A DNA stretch of 64,000 nt from Macrostomum lignano (GCA_002269645.1 NIVC01000542.1:248001-312000); one strand, 5' to 3'; positions 33,038 to 45,700 are shown, counted from the stretch's first letter. Numbers and translations are program-made. The notes: generated by a model from the letters alone, not told the origin.

Positions 33038-36000
33038 TCACTTCCGGCTGCCGCCGCTGCGCTGATGCTGATGGTGCCCGCCGGAGCGGGAGGCGGACTT
33101 CCGGGAAGCGGCCGAGCTGGGCGAGCCCTGCGACGAAGACTGAGCCAGCTGCTGGCCCGCCGAGGCCGATGCGATCGACTTCTTGGGCGGCGGCGCAGCG
33201 CCGTCGGTGGAATGCGACGACGACGTCGACTGCTGCCTGCTGGCGCCCGGCGGCTTCTTGGCGCCCGACTGCAGAAACGGGTGCAGCTCGTCGGCCGGCG
33301 CGCCGGGCAGGTCGATGTCGTGCGTGCGCGTCTTGCGCCGCTTGGCGTCCGGACTGGCGCCGGAGCTGGCCGGGCGCTTCTTGTCCGGAGTGGTGCCGGC
33401 CAGGGACTGATCGGACAGGGTCTGGTCCGCGTCGTCGATCTGCGGGTTGATCGACGAATTCATAAAGTCAAATCGCCTACTCATATGAGTAGTATAACTG
33501 AGCACGCCTGAGCACTTTTAACGGCGAAGCCATGGACTGGCAGGATCGCAACTCCCACACCCTCAGAATGCATACCTGCGTACTAGCCGCAGCCAAGTCT
33601 GCTTAACTCAGCCGAAAATCGATCCTTAAAACAAAGCTCTGTAAGCCAAAGGTCACTAGGTGGGGAGATGGATTTCACTAACAGCGCTGAAAGTTAAGCA
33701 GAGTTGATCGTGGCTAGTACGCTGCCTGTGTCAGTCGTGACAAGTGAAAAATTAAGCTAAGCTGCACATTTAACCTGCTGTGATTGGGCAGCAGCTCTAA
33801 GCTGCAGATTTCACCTGCTGTGATTGGGCAGCAGCTCTAAGCTGCAGATTTCACCTGCTGTGATTGGGCAGCAGCTCTAAGCTGCAGATTTCACCTGCTG
33901 TGATTGGGTAGCAGCTCTTAGCTGCAGATTTCACCTGCTGTGATTGGGCAGCAGCTCTAAGCTGCAGATTTCACCTGCTGTGATTGGGCAGCAGCTCTAA
34001 GCTGCAGATTTCACCTGCTGTGATTGGGCAGCAGCTCTAAGCTGCAGATTTCACCTGCTGTGATTGGGCAGCAGCTCTAAGCTGCAGATTTCACCTGCTG
34101 TGATTGGGCAGCAGCTCTAAGCTGCAGATTTCACCTGCTGTGATTGGGCAGCAGCTCTAAGCTGCAGATTTCACCTGCTGTGATTGGGCAGCAGCTCTAA
34201 GCTGCAGATTTCACCTGCTGTGATTGGGCAGCAGCTCTAAGCTGCAGATTTCACCTGCTGTAATTGGGTAGCAGCTCTAAGCTGTACACAAAGCCCTCAG
34301 AGCTGCCACACTTGTGGCATCTTGTATCATGCAGCGCATTACAAGTAAGCCGAGACTGAGGCTATCATTCTGCCCAGCCAGTCCCCGCAGCGGCAAATCA
34401 CCTCGGGTGCGACTGGCAGGAACAGCAGCATGTCCGGGTCCGCCTCCTCGTCCGAGCTGAGCAGCGCCTGCACCGGCTCGCAGCGCTCAACGTCCACCTC
34501 CTCGTCCGAATTGCTGGCAGACGGCACCGCAGCGACCTTCGGCTCCGCGTCCTCGTCCGATAGGTCGAACTCGCTCTCGCGCTCCTCGTACTCGACGTTC
34601 TCGTCCAGCTCTTTGAAATCCGGTGCGAATGCGCTCCAGTTTTGCACCTGGGAGGAGGGCGGAGCGCAATTTAGTGTAAAGTATGACAAGTTAGCGACTG
34701 CTTGCTGGGTTTGAGATAGCGACTGTGCCTGCCCCCAGTGAGTCACTGCTTGCCGCTCCCAGCCCAGTGAGTCACTGCTTGCCGCTCCCAGCCCAGTGAG
34801 TTACTGCTTGCCGCTTCCAGCCCAGTGAGTCACTGCTTGCCGCTCCCAGCCCAGTGAGTCACTGCTTGCCGCTCCCAGCCCAGTGAGTCACTGCTTGCCG
34901 CTCCCAGCCCAGTGAGTCACTGCTTGCCGCTCCCAGCCCAGTGAGTCACTGCTTGCCGCTCCCAGCCCAGTGAGTCACTGCTTGCCGCTCCCAGCCCAGT
35001 GAGTCACTGCTTGCCGCTCCCAGCCCAGTGAGTCACTGCTTGCCGCTCCCAGCCCAGTGAGTCACTGCTTGCCGCTCCCAGCCCAGCGAGTCACTGCTTG
35101 CCGCTCCCAGCCCAGCGAGTCGGTCCAGGGGTTTGCAGAATGGGTGCCCGAGAGTGTGGATACAGTAAAAATGAGCGGCCGACCGCAGCGCACCTGGCTC
35201 TGGCTCCACACAGTCACGAGCCCGTTAGAAATGGAGCAGATGATGGGCCGCAGCGGGTGCCACACGACATCCAGCAGCGTCTCGCCCTTGGTGCCCTGCA
35301 GCATCTTGACCATGGCGCCGCCGATACGGTCCCAGATGTAGATGGAGTGCGCCTTCATCGATCCCGCGCACACAAACTCGCCGTCTCCGCTGAAGCAGCA
35401 CTTGCGCCAATGGTTGCCAGTCACCAGGTCCTGCGGGATGATCACAGGTAATGGCGGACTGCTCTAAGTTGCTGAGGGGGGACTGCTCTAAGGTGCTGAG
35501 GGGGGACTGCTCTAAGGTGCTGAGGGGGGACTGCTCTAAGGTGCTGAGGGGGGACTGCTCTAAGGTGCTGAGGGGGACTGCTCTAAGGTGCTGAGGGGGG
35601 ACTGCTCTAAGTTGCTGAGGGGGGACTGCTCTAAGGTGCTGAGGGGGACTGCTCTAAGGTGCTGAGGGGGGACTGCTCTAAGGTGCTGAGGGGGACTGCT
35701 CTAAGGTGCTGAGGGGGGACTGCTCTAAGTTGCTGAGGGGGGACTGCTCTAAGGTGCTGAGGGGGGACTGCTCTAAGGTGCTGAGGGGGGACTGCTCTAA
35801 GTTGCTGAGGGGGGACTGCTCTAAGTTGCTGAGGGGGACTGCTCTAAGGTGCTGAGGGGGGACTGCTCTAAGGTTCTGACGGAAACTGCTCTAAGGTGCT
35901 GAGGGGGGACTGCTCTAAGGTTCTGACGGAAACTGCTCTAAGGTGCTGAGGGGGGACTGCTCTAAGGTTCTGACGGAAACTGCTCTAAGGTGCTGAGGGG

Positions 36001-37763
36001 GGACTGCTCTAAGTTGCTGAGGGGGGACTGCTCTAAGTTGCTGAGGGGGGACTGCTCTAAGGTGCTGAGGGGGGACTGCTCTAAGGTGCTGAGGGGGGAC
36101 TGCTCTAAGTTGCTGAGGGGGGACTGCTCTAAGTTGCTGAGGGGGGACTGCTCTAAGGTGCTGAGGGGGGACTGCTCTAAGGTTCTGACGGAAACTGCTC
36201 TAAGGTGCTGAGGGGGGACTGCTCTAAGGTTCTGACGGAAACTGCTCTAAGGTGCTGAGGGGGGACTGCTCTAAGGTTCTGACGGAAACTGCTCTAAGGC
36301 TCAGGGAGGACTGTTTTAGAGTGCAGCGAGTTGTCAAAGTGCAACTTAGGTGGCTAGTTAAATCCCAAAGGCCGCACCTTCAGCTTCTGCAGCGGCTCGA
36401 CCTCCTGGTTGCGCCTGGCCTCCAGCACGATGTCGCAGGAGTACACGCGCACTATGCGATCCGAGCAGTTCAGCAGAAAGTTGCGCTGCTTGCGCGCGAA
36501 CTCGATCGATTTTACAGCCGTGTTGGACGTGGCCGGTGTTGCTCGGAAGGCCGCCACCTGGCGGAGCGTGCGCGTCTGAATGGATTCGACCGGGTGGAAT
36601 GTGCTGATGGAGAGTATCAGATTTGCATAGTAACTGGTGCACAGCCTCTCAACCCACCTGGTACACAGCCATCCAATCTATCTGGTACACAGTCACCCAA
36701 CCCACCTGGTACACAGTCACCCAACCCACCTGCTACACAGTCACCCAACGCACCCGGTACACAGTCACCCAACCCACCTGGTACACAGTCACACAACCCA
36801 CCTGGAACACAATCACCCAACCCACCTGGTACACAGCCACCCAATCTACCTGGTACACAGTCACCCAATCCACCTGGTACACAGTCACACAACCCACCTG
36901 GTACACTGCCACCCTGCCGCGCGAGTTGCCAACGTAGACGTGATCGCCGCGAGAGTTGAAGGCGGCCGCGGTGCTGAACTCGCCCTCCTCGTCGGGCGGC
37001 AGGCAGCTGTGGCTGCCGGTCTCAGCGTCCACCAGCACTGGCGGGTGGCGCATCGGGCACACCAGCAGCCGCTGGCTGTTACGGGGGTGAAAGGCAGCTC
37101 TGGAAATGGGCAGGTGAAGCCGGTCAAGTTTTCACATCAGCTGCCGCATCGGACAACTTTAACAGTGCGGAAGGCTGTGCCAGGTAGACTGAGAATTCTA
37201 CCTGACAAGTTCTGCCGCGCCGGAATGGAAAGCAGTTGGAAAAACATCAGAATGCTATTCAACACAAAAATAGCAACTACATATGCCACGGCACATTTGC
37301 ATGTAGCTACTTTCAGTAGAAGGTCAAACAAAAGCATTTTAATGAAAATTTTCTAGCAGCAATTTACACACGAAACCCTTTACCCCCATCCTTAAATAGC
37401 GAAGATTTGACAGCCCCCAGCAACGCACTTGAGCACAGGCGAGGGGAAGCGGAACACCTTGTCGCACTCGCCAGACAGCACATCCCACAGCGCCACCGTG
37501 TTATCCGTGGAAGCCGTCAGCAGCTTCTTGGAGTCGCGGCTCCAGCTGACGGAGCAGACGGTGACCGCGTGCGCCGTGATGGTCTTGGCGATGCCGCGGG
37601 TCAGGAAGTCCCAGATCACCACGCGGCCATCGTTGCAGCCGACGGCCAGCAGGGTGCCGAACCTGTTGAAGGCGCAGGTCACGGCGAAGGAGACGCAGTC
37701 CAGCACGCCGTCGTTCTCCTCCGGGTAGTTCTTGTGGAAGGACTCCAGCAGCTCCAGGTTCAT
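33038..37763 (-). CDS. RBBP5: Retinoblastoma-binding protein 5 (WD40; COMPASS/MLL WRAD subunit), about 539 aa
   Basis: Exons 37763-37429, 37099-36898, 36575-36378, 35430-35194, 34647-34402 and 33439-33038 (1,620 nt, phase-compatible). Motifs MNLELLESF..NYPEE.DG, GTLLAVGCNDGRVVIWDFLTRGIAK and QNWSAFAPDFKELDENVEYEERESEFD. Confidence 0.97.
33760..34285. repeat. Intronic 40-bp minisatellite, about 13 near-identical copies
   Basis: Unit gctgcagatttcacctgctgtgattgggcagcagctctaa. Confidence 0.97.
34735..35120. repeat. Intronic 29-bp minisatellite
   Basis: Unit cagcccagtgagtcactgcttgccgctcc, about 13 copies. Confidence 0.97.
35455..36300. repeat. Intronic ~24-bp minisatellite
   Basis: Unit gactgctctaaggtgctgagggg(g), interleaved distally with a gaaactgctctaaggttctgacg variant. 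Confidence 0.97.
36645..36910. repeat. 24-bp tandem repeat duplicating the RBBP5 exon-2 donor
   Basis: Unit cacagtcacccaacccacctggta; the minus strand gtgtaccag|gtgggttgg repeats about 11 times. Confidence 0.92.
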
Positions 37764-37999
37764 GGCTGGCGCTGAGGGGAAGGCGGCGGTGCTCAAACTG
37801 CCTTACAGGTGTAAACGTAAACGTAACAAAACTGTAAACGTACTGACTGAATAGAATAGGCCCAGTTTATTCAAGTCATGCAAAAATCTCAAAACCACGG
37901 TAGCCCACTAACCTAATGCTGAGCTGCATGGGGCATGGCAACCGAGGATTAGGGCTGTGTCACTTTAGGATTGAATTAACTTCACAATGGAGCCACAGA

Positions 38000-38860
38000 T
38001 CTCAGCTCAGTGACAAATGTCTCAGCTCAGTGATGAGTGTCTCAGCTCGAGTGTCTCAGCTCAGTGACAAGTGTCTCAGCTCAGTGATGAGTGTCTCAGC
38101 TCAGTGATGAGTGTCTCAGCTTGGTGATGAGTGTCTCAGCTCAGTGATGAGTGTCTCAGTTCAGTTATGAGTGTCTTAGCTTAGTGCTGAGTGTCTCAGC
38201 TCAGTGATGAGTGTCTCAGCTCAGTGATGAGTGTCTCAGCTCAGTGATGAGTGTCTCAGTTCAGTTATGAGTGTCTTAGCTTAGTGCTGAGTGTCTTAGC
38301 TTAGTGCTGAGTGTCTCAGCTCAGTGATGAGTGTCTCAGCTCAGGGACGAGTGTCTCAGTTCAGTTATGAGTGTCTTAGCTTAGTGCTGAGTGTCTTAGC
38401 TTAGTGCTGAGTGTCTCAGCTCAGTGATGAGTGTCTCAGCTCAGGGACGAGTGTCTCAGCTCAGTGATGAGTGTCTCAGCTCAGTGATGAGTGTCTCAGC
38501 TCAGGGACGAGTGTCTCAGCTCAGTGATGAGTGTCTCAGTTCAGTTATGAGTGTCTCAGCTCAGTGATGTGTCTCAGCTCAGTGATGAGTGTCTCAGCTC
38601 AGCTCAGTGACGAGTGTCTCAGCTCAGTGATGAGTGTCTCAGCTCAGTGATGAGTGTCTCAGCTCAGTGATGAGTGTCTCAGCTCAGTGCTGAGTGTCTC
38701 AGCTCAGTGATGAGTGTCTCAGCTCAGCTCAGTGACGAGTGTCTCAGCTCAGTGATGAGTGTCTCAGCTCAGTGATGAGTGTCTCAGCTCAGCTCAGTGA
38801 TGAGTGTCTCAGCTCAGTGATGAGTGTCTCAGCTCAGTGACGAGTGTCTCAGTTCAGTGA
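38000..38860. repeat. 20-bp minisatellite
   Basis: Unit gagtgtctcagctcagtgat, with occasional 5-bp ctcag insertions. Confidence 0.97.
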
Positions 38861-39624
38861 TATTTCGATTAGCAAGACCAAGTATCAATTTAAGCTAAAT
38901 ACCTCAAAAGCGTTCAAAAGTTGTCCCAGAGTATCCAAGACCCTAACCGTGTTTAAATATTTGTCAATAATTAACAAGCAAGAATTTACAGCTTCGAAAA
39001 GTTAAAAAAGACACAGCCAAAACTGAAAAAAAGATTGTATATTTGATGATCTCAAAGTAAAAAGCGAATATAAAATAAACTCAATAAAAAAGTTGACTAG
39101 CGAGGAACTCAAAACAAAGCAAAACAAAAAGAATCTTAAATAAATATTGCGGCCCAAAGCAACAGAGAATTCGGTATTTGGCTTGGGCCACGAGCGAGGA
39201 AATTCTATACGAGGAATGCACTAAACAGTCTGTAAATATGAAACTGTCTAATAAACTAATACTAAATCTCACAATACGCAGACAGAGAGCTAAAATATAA
39301 TATTGAAGGCCAGGTAATAACAACAGAATCATGCTAGATAAGACATTGCTATCGAACACAGCAGTAAACAATGTTTATGATGCTTCACAGTGAATCACAG
39401 ATACTAGAATAACTAAATAGGTCACTCGCAATTAAAATTGTGAAAAAGTAGAGCCTCCACTCTTTTTTCAGTAGTTGTCTGCGTTAATGTAATTTAAATT
39501 TGATGTAGCAGATAAAATTCCTTTCCTTCCTCAAGGCTTGCGGCCTCAAGAGCATATGGGGTTAAGAATGAACAAGCATTTGTTAACTCAATGTACACAA
39601 ATGAACGCAAGACGGACGAAACTC

Positions 39625-39870
39625 AGCCTAGGGGGCAGGCCCAATCTAGCTCAGCCAATGAGAGAGCAGTAGAGAGATGCCTGGCTAGGGGGCAGGCCCA
39701 ATCTAGCTCAGCCAATGAGAGAGCAGTAGAGAGATGCCTGGCTAGGGGGCAGGCTTAATCTAGCTCAGCCAATGAGAGAGCAGTAGAGAGATGCCTGGCT
39801 AGGGAGGGGGCAGGCCCAATCTAGCTCAGCCAATGAGAGAGCAGTAGAGAGATGCCTGGCTAGGGGGCTG
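39625..39870. repeat. 57-bp tandem repeat (4 copies) containing a CCAAT box
   Basis: ctagggggcaggcccaatctagctcagccaatgagagagcagtagagagatgcctgg at 39628, 39685 and onward. Confidence 0.9.
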
Positions 39871-40300
39871 GGGCGCCAGCACTGAATTTTCTGTTGCTCT
39901 CTATGCCAAGCACTGAATTTGGGAATTTTACATTTTTAGAGTTTTCTACAGTATTAAGTCTTTAATTCGTTCTTTTTGAACTGGTAAAACTGAGCAGACA
40001 TGCTTATTTAATTAGCCTGCTTGTAGAATTAGGCACCGACAAATTTTGCAGCTTTAAAAACTTTTAATTTGGTTTAAAATAGATAACTTTTAATTTCACT
40101 TTCATAAAGGCAAAAAACGCTAATTTTGCTACTGAAAAAGAGTAGAGAAATGCATTTTTTGCGAGTGACATATCTAGTTATTCTAGTATCTGTGGTCCCT
40201 GCTCACCTCCATGTTGTTTAGAGAATAGCCCGCCATTCACAGTGAAGCCATCGTGCACAGCACTGCTATGCTAGCTAAAAAAGATAAGAAACGCTAGACA

Positions 40301-40693
40301 CTACTGCTGCGAGTAGCCGCTGCTGCGCCCGGCAGGCGGGCCGAGGCGCCGGTAGAAAAACGGCTGACAGCCGTGCGGCCAGCCGTCGGCGCCGTCGTGA
40401 GACGTGTCGGTGGTCAGCGGCCGCGTCATCAGGAACAGCCGTCGGATGCCCACGCTGGCGAGGACGGTTGCGGGCTTCTCTGACGGCAGAGGTGGCGGCG
40501 GTGGCGGCCGCTGTTGCTCCGCCGTCGAAGTCTGGGGGTCGGCAGCCAACTCCAAGCTGCAGCGGCGGCTCCATTTGATGGCTGGAGCCGCTGGCCGCTG
40601 CTCAGCGGGCGGGTCGCCGCCCAGGCAACAGCGCAGCCGGTCAACAGCGGCCCGGTGAGCCAGGGCGGCCTCCTTAGCGGCCTGGTCCGAGGG
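40301..40693 (-). CDS. Orphan GC-rich terminal coding exon (130 aa), possibly an alternative last exon of the giant gene
   Basis: An acceptor ctcacctgccttccag| at 40694/40693 opens a GC3-rich frame PSDQAAKEAALAHRAAVDRLRCCLGG...GYSQQ*. There is no early ATG and no recognisable domain. Confidence 0.45.
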   Translation of the reverse strand, partial: PSDQAAKEAALAHRAAVDRLRCCLGGDPPAEQRPAAPAIKWSRRCSLELAADPQTSTAEQQRPPPPPPLPSEKPATVLASVGIRRLFLMTRPLTTDTSHDGADGWPHGCQPFFYRRLGPPAGRSSGYSQQ

Positions 40694-42762
40694 CTGGAAG
40701 GCAGGTGAGATCGAAATCAACTGACTGATTGCCAACTGTATAATCAAGCAATATAAGCGAGCATTGAGCGCATCTGACTGAACTCATCACTCCCTGTCTG
40801 CAAAGAATCGCTAGAGTAATTGCAAAAAACTCACTAGTGACCCTAGCGGACTATCGGGCGACTCTTTTTTGACGACTCAAAACCGACTGCAATGCGACGG
40901 AGAGGCGACTGATGACTCACGAGCGCATCACGTGAGTTGGAGAAGCGTAAAAGAGTAGCAAAAGAGTCGTCCAAAAATGGTGTTAACGCTTAACTTTCTA
41001 CTAACTCAAGTAGACTAATTCTACTTCTTGAGTGACGCAAATGCGCTTCAGAAGCAACTCAGTGATTCTAGCACGCCTCAGGTACGGCTATACGGCTCCA
41101 GAGTCGCAGACGATAGAAGGCCTCAAATGACTCTTAGGTGACTCTTTGACTTTTGGCAACTCGTACCGTGGCACTAGCTACAGTCACTTCTTTCCTACTT
41201 TACCTATGCTACATGCAACGACTCTAGCTCTGCTTCGCGGCCTAGGTAGGTATCGTTTTTGTCGGGACTTTTCTGGACCGACTTCATCACCCGCACCTGT
41301 TTATGGCTCACAGGAAAGGAAATTTCCACCGTGCTCAAGTAAAGAGATGCGGGCTCACAAAAATTTAAAGAAATGCTCTATAAACTTTGCCCCATTCGGG
41401 ACAGGCACAGGTCAAGATGGAGAACCGCTAGTGCCGGAGACCAGTTACAAGTGTAAGACCTTCGGAACCATAAAGACTTAACTAATTTCACTAAAAGCAG
41501 GAGATTTCACTGAACCGAAAGCAGACCCTGCCGCCAACAGCTCACACCAGTGCCTCAATAAGTCTTTCTGGGGTCAGTTTTCGATTGATAAAGAAAACGC
41601 AAGATGCTAAATAGTGGCAAAGCTGGTATTATCCGGACTATACGAGTCTATTTCTCAATGTCAAGTGATTACAGTTCGACAAAGAAATGATAACCTATGC
41701 CTTGAGCCAAGCGATTTAGCCAAGAAATAAATATCCGAGCACTAGAGACATGTGGAATAATATTATTGTGTGTATAGATATGTGTTGCCAACGCTAGCGA
41801 AGGCAATAATACATTTAAACAAAAGCACACCTATTGTATTCAAGTGCATCTGCGGACCTGCGCTACCGGGCGAAATCAGACTGAACTGAAATTCCGTAGT
41901 GCAGCCGAGCGGCTGGCATTCGCAGTGCGGGATAAAAACGCAACAAGGAATAATAAAGACAAAATAGCGCAACTTCTGTCCAAACAGGTTGGATAAAACG
42001 GGGCAAATCAATCTCATTCCACCAGCAGGTGAAAAACTCTAAGCTGAAAATTAGTAGATGAGGTAAATAAAAGAAAACAAACAATATTGTGGCATTCTGA
42101 CGGCGCACAAAAAAACTCTGCAGACAATGAGGAAGCAATAAATCGAATCACAGCAGCGAACTCAACAACTCAAACGGAGGGGGGGATAACTGGCATTAAG
42201 AGGGGCCGCACTGCAGGCAGTGAAAGGCCACTGCAAGCAGGAAGTCAAGTCGATGCGGGGTAGGAAATTAAGGCGAGAAAAAGCCCAGGAAAAATGAGAA
42301 AATTCACAGGACAGCACAGCGAGTTCCGCCCCAGCTCACAAATATTTGCGCGTTTTCTGTTCCTGATTGGCAAAAGCAGAAGAGTGTACTTCAGGCCAGC
42401 CCTGAGAAGGGGAGTCAGACAGGCGCTGGGAGACCACAGCTGCGGTGCCAATGTACAGCTGGATTCAGGGCTCAGCTTTCAAGGTCCGAAGTACTTTAAG
42501 GCGTAGTTATTGATTCCATTTTTTTAAATCCTGTTTCTAAGCCTAGCAGTTGGTGCAGAACCTTCGCCATTGCTGTTGGAAATAGTTGAGTAATGTGAAA
42601 ACATGTCTTGGATATCTGTGGGAAACACTTTTAGTTGATCACATAAACACATTTAATAGGCACTTAAACAACAATATAAACACAAAGTCTGCACAAAAAC
42701 ACGGCAAAGCTGAATGCAAAGGTAATCTGTTGATTCGTAGACGACATCTTCCAAATCCCAAA

Positions 42763-45700
42763 TCACTTCCGGTTGAAGATCGACCTGCCGGAGGTGGGCG
42801 GCGACCGCCGGGAGCCGCAGCACAGCTGAGACCGGAGCCGCCGCACCAGGGAGCCGTGCTCAACCTCGGCCGCCAGCCGCTCGCGCCGCAGCCACTCCAC
42901 GGAGCCGCTGCGCGGCCAGGCGGCCCGCCTCTGCGGCAGCGGAGATTCGGCGGCGCCAGCCTCGACTTGCAGCAGCCGCGCAGTCCAGGGCAGCGGCAGG
43001 AGGCGGCCGCCGCGCTCCGCAGAGTCCAGCCAGTCGCGACAGTGCGCCAGGTAGGTGCGCGCCTGCCGGCACTCGGCGCAGCCCTCGGAGCCGGCGCCAA
43101 CGGCCTGGATGAGGTCGCGCACCACTTGCAGCGCAGACTGCGAGGCTTCGGGCGATTCGGCAAGCTCGCCGACCTCATCGACATCGACGTCGCTGGCGGT
43201 GTCGGCCTCCCAAAGCTGAGGATCGGCGTCCAGACTCTGCAGAGATGCCTGGGCGGCGTCGCGCTGCCCGGCGGGGTGGGTGGGGGATCAGCGATGCAGG
43301 GCGGCTCTTCGCAATTCTTTATTTGATTAATTTCGAGAACAAATATTCGAACCCATGCGATGGAGGGACTCAGGCGAGCTCTGGTGAGCTGCATGATAGG
43401 CTTGTAAATTAAACAGACTGCAGCTTGATTCATTTTTTCTCAAAGCCCAAATGTGCTTAAACTGCGTTAAACCGTACCAGAATCTCCATAACCAACAAGC
43501 AGAACTACTGAGATAAGATTTCCAAGCTGCAATCAATCATAAGCAGGTTCCCATTTGTTCCAATTGTATAAACTCAATTAGCAGTAAGCCACGGGTTGCA
43601 TAATGCTTTCCCCATAAATTGGCCACTTCAATCAAAATAGTTAAAACATTTAGTTGATGCAGTTAAAGGTTTAAAAAGAATAAAAAATAAGCACGCCATC
43701 CAGCAGTAGCTGATTGGCCAGTGACACTACAGAGCTGCTATAATGCACATTAGTAAGCTTTAGTACGGTTAGTAAAGCACAGGTGAAACAAAAGCCGGGC
43801 TGCACAACACTGAGCCGCTGAAAGCACTGAAACACTACCTTCAGTCCTCGGGCCTCAATTGAGCTTGCTGGCGCCTACAACAGAATTAAGCACGGGTTAG
43901 AGAGTGGGCTGTTAAAAAAACGCCAATGCAAAATGGCCTACACAGATGAGAACAGTGCGAGTCTACAGATTAAAGTTGGCTATTTTTGTTATGCTGCGAA
44001 ACCGGCTGCTGCCAGACTCCATTGGCTTGCCAGTGAGGCTCATTGCAAGATACTGCTGTGTTTGCATGGAACTTGATAATCTAAGCTAGTTTTACAAGCG
44101 CACTAGTGAGTTGCTGAGCAACAATATAATGCACACGATGTTAAACTAGGAATAAAAACAGGTAAACCGAAAACGTGTTACGCACATCAGCAAACTATTT
44201 AAATTTGTATACGAACGTTGAAATTCAATAGTGAAATAAGCGGATAATGTTGGGCTTTCACAAAAAGCAATGTTTAAGCTAAATCAAGTTAAAAACGGCA
44301 CAGATGTCTACTCTCTGCTGTAACGAGTGAGCTCAATGGTTTTCTACATAGAGTTATGAAGGATTAAAACAAAAAACAAGCCACAAAACTAGCGGATTAA
44401 AACGGTTCGACCGACTTGGCGGACCGGGTGCTTCCGGGATGTGCATGCACGCAGCGCAACAGCCGGTTCGCTCCCTAGAGTTCGCTGTTATTGGTTGCAC
44501 ACGCAGAGCTCTCAACGCCACGACTCCGCAATCTCTTAGCACACGGGTTTTGCCATCAATGCTAATTTTTCTCACCAGAGCGGAGGAAGTGGTGGCGGCG
44601 GCCAAGGCAGCCTTGGCTGACTCACTCGACTGGCGCGGGCGCAGCGGCGCGGAGGAGGCGGGCACAGGAAACGGCCGGCTGGGCCGCAGGCGCTTGCCCG
44701 CCTCCGTGGCAACGTAGCCGCAGTCGTCAGAGACGCCGGACGCATCGTGTTTGCATTCGTAAATGTCTCTTCCAGCGCCCCCGCTGCTGCTACCGCGACA
44801 GTCTTGCAGTCGCCTGTAGATATCCTCAAGCGTCCGGCCTGGCGGAAGCTGCTGGGCAGCGGAGGCGCACAATTTGCACACAAAATCCCACATGGCTAGA
44901 AGCATCTGGGTCGCTTGCAGCTTGAGAAAGTCGCATGGAAACATGACAGCAGTTCCGCCATCCGAAAGCAGCTGCTTGACCTCAGAATCGAGCAGAGACA
45001 GTCTCTCTGCTACCTCACCGGCGGCTTCCTCGGGTGGGCAGGCGAAATAGCGGCGCGACTCCGCGACCGCTAACTGAAGAAAACTACCCAACCCATTTCC
45101 AGTGAGATCGAAAACAGATCCGCTAGTATTTACATTGTTTACCTGGTCCGCTACAGTCGCAGCTTCCGCGTCTGCTGCATCAAGTACAGCATCGATGTCA
45201 GTCTCCAGGAAGCTGAGGATGCCCTTCAGCTTCACTTTGACAGGCGGGTCGACGTCAATGTCCGTCTGGCTTTCGTTGTCTCGCATTGCGGGGCGCTGCT
45301 CATCTGACGGCTCAACCTGAATGAAGGGCTTGAAAGCCAACGGCGCAATCTTTGGCGCGATTTCCGACTCGAGACTGGCGCCGTCGCCGAAATGACTCGG
45401 CTCCGGCTCCGAATCTTTGGCGAATTCCAGGACACTGCTGAGCCATTCGGGGGGTCGAGCTGTGGGAGCTTCAGCAAAGTCGCTGCTTACAGGCCGACAC
45501 TGAGTTGACTCTGATTGCTTGAGCTCTACTGCATTCTGTTGACTTGCAATTAGGTCTTCGGAGAAGAATTGCTCTGCACTACGTTCGACTGCATTCGGGT
45601 TGGAGTCGGTAGTCTGGGAGCAAGAATCTTGCGTCACTATAACTTTTTGATCCGTGAGAGTCAAGCTTCTTTCTTTCTCTAACAGACTGCGTTGAAACTC

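Noticed and set aside
33760-36300. Regular 24-40-bp direct repeats resembling CRISPR arrays
   Set aside because: There are no unique spacers and no cas genes; the context is eukaryotic and intronic.
40780-42500. GACTC/GAGTC-rich segment with short inverted repeats and several 70-110-aa ORFs
   Set aside because: The inverted matches are short and the ORFs lack recognisable motifs or splice support.
44354-44575. C-terminal tail of the 6,545-aa ORF (VRKISIDGKTR...FCFNPS)
   Set aside because: It follows a strong GTGAGA donor and the composition turns intron-like, so it is probably read-through into the intron rather than coding.
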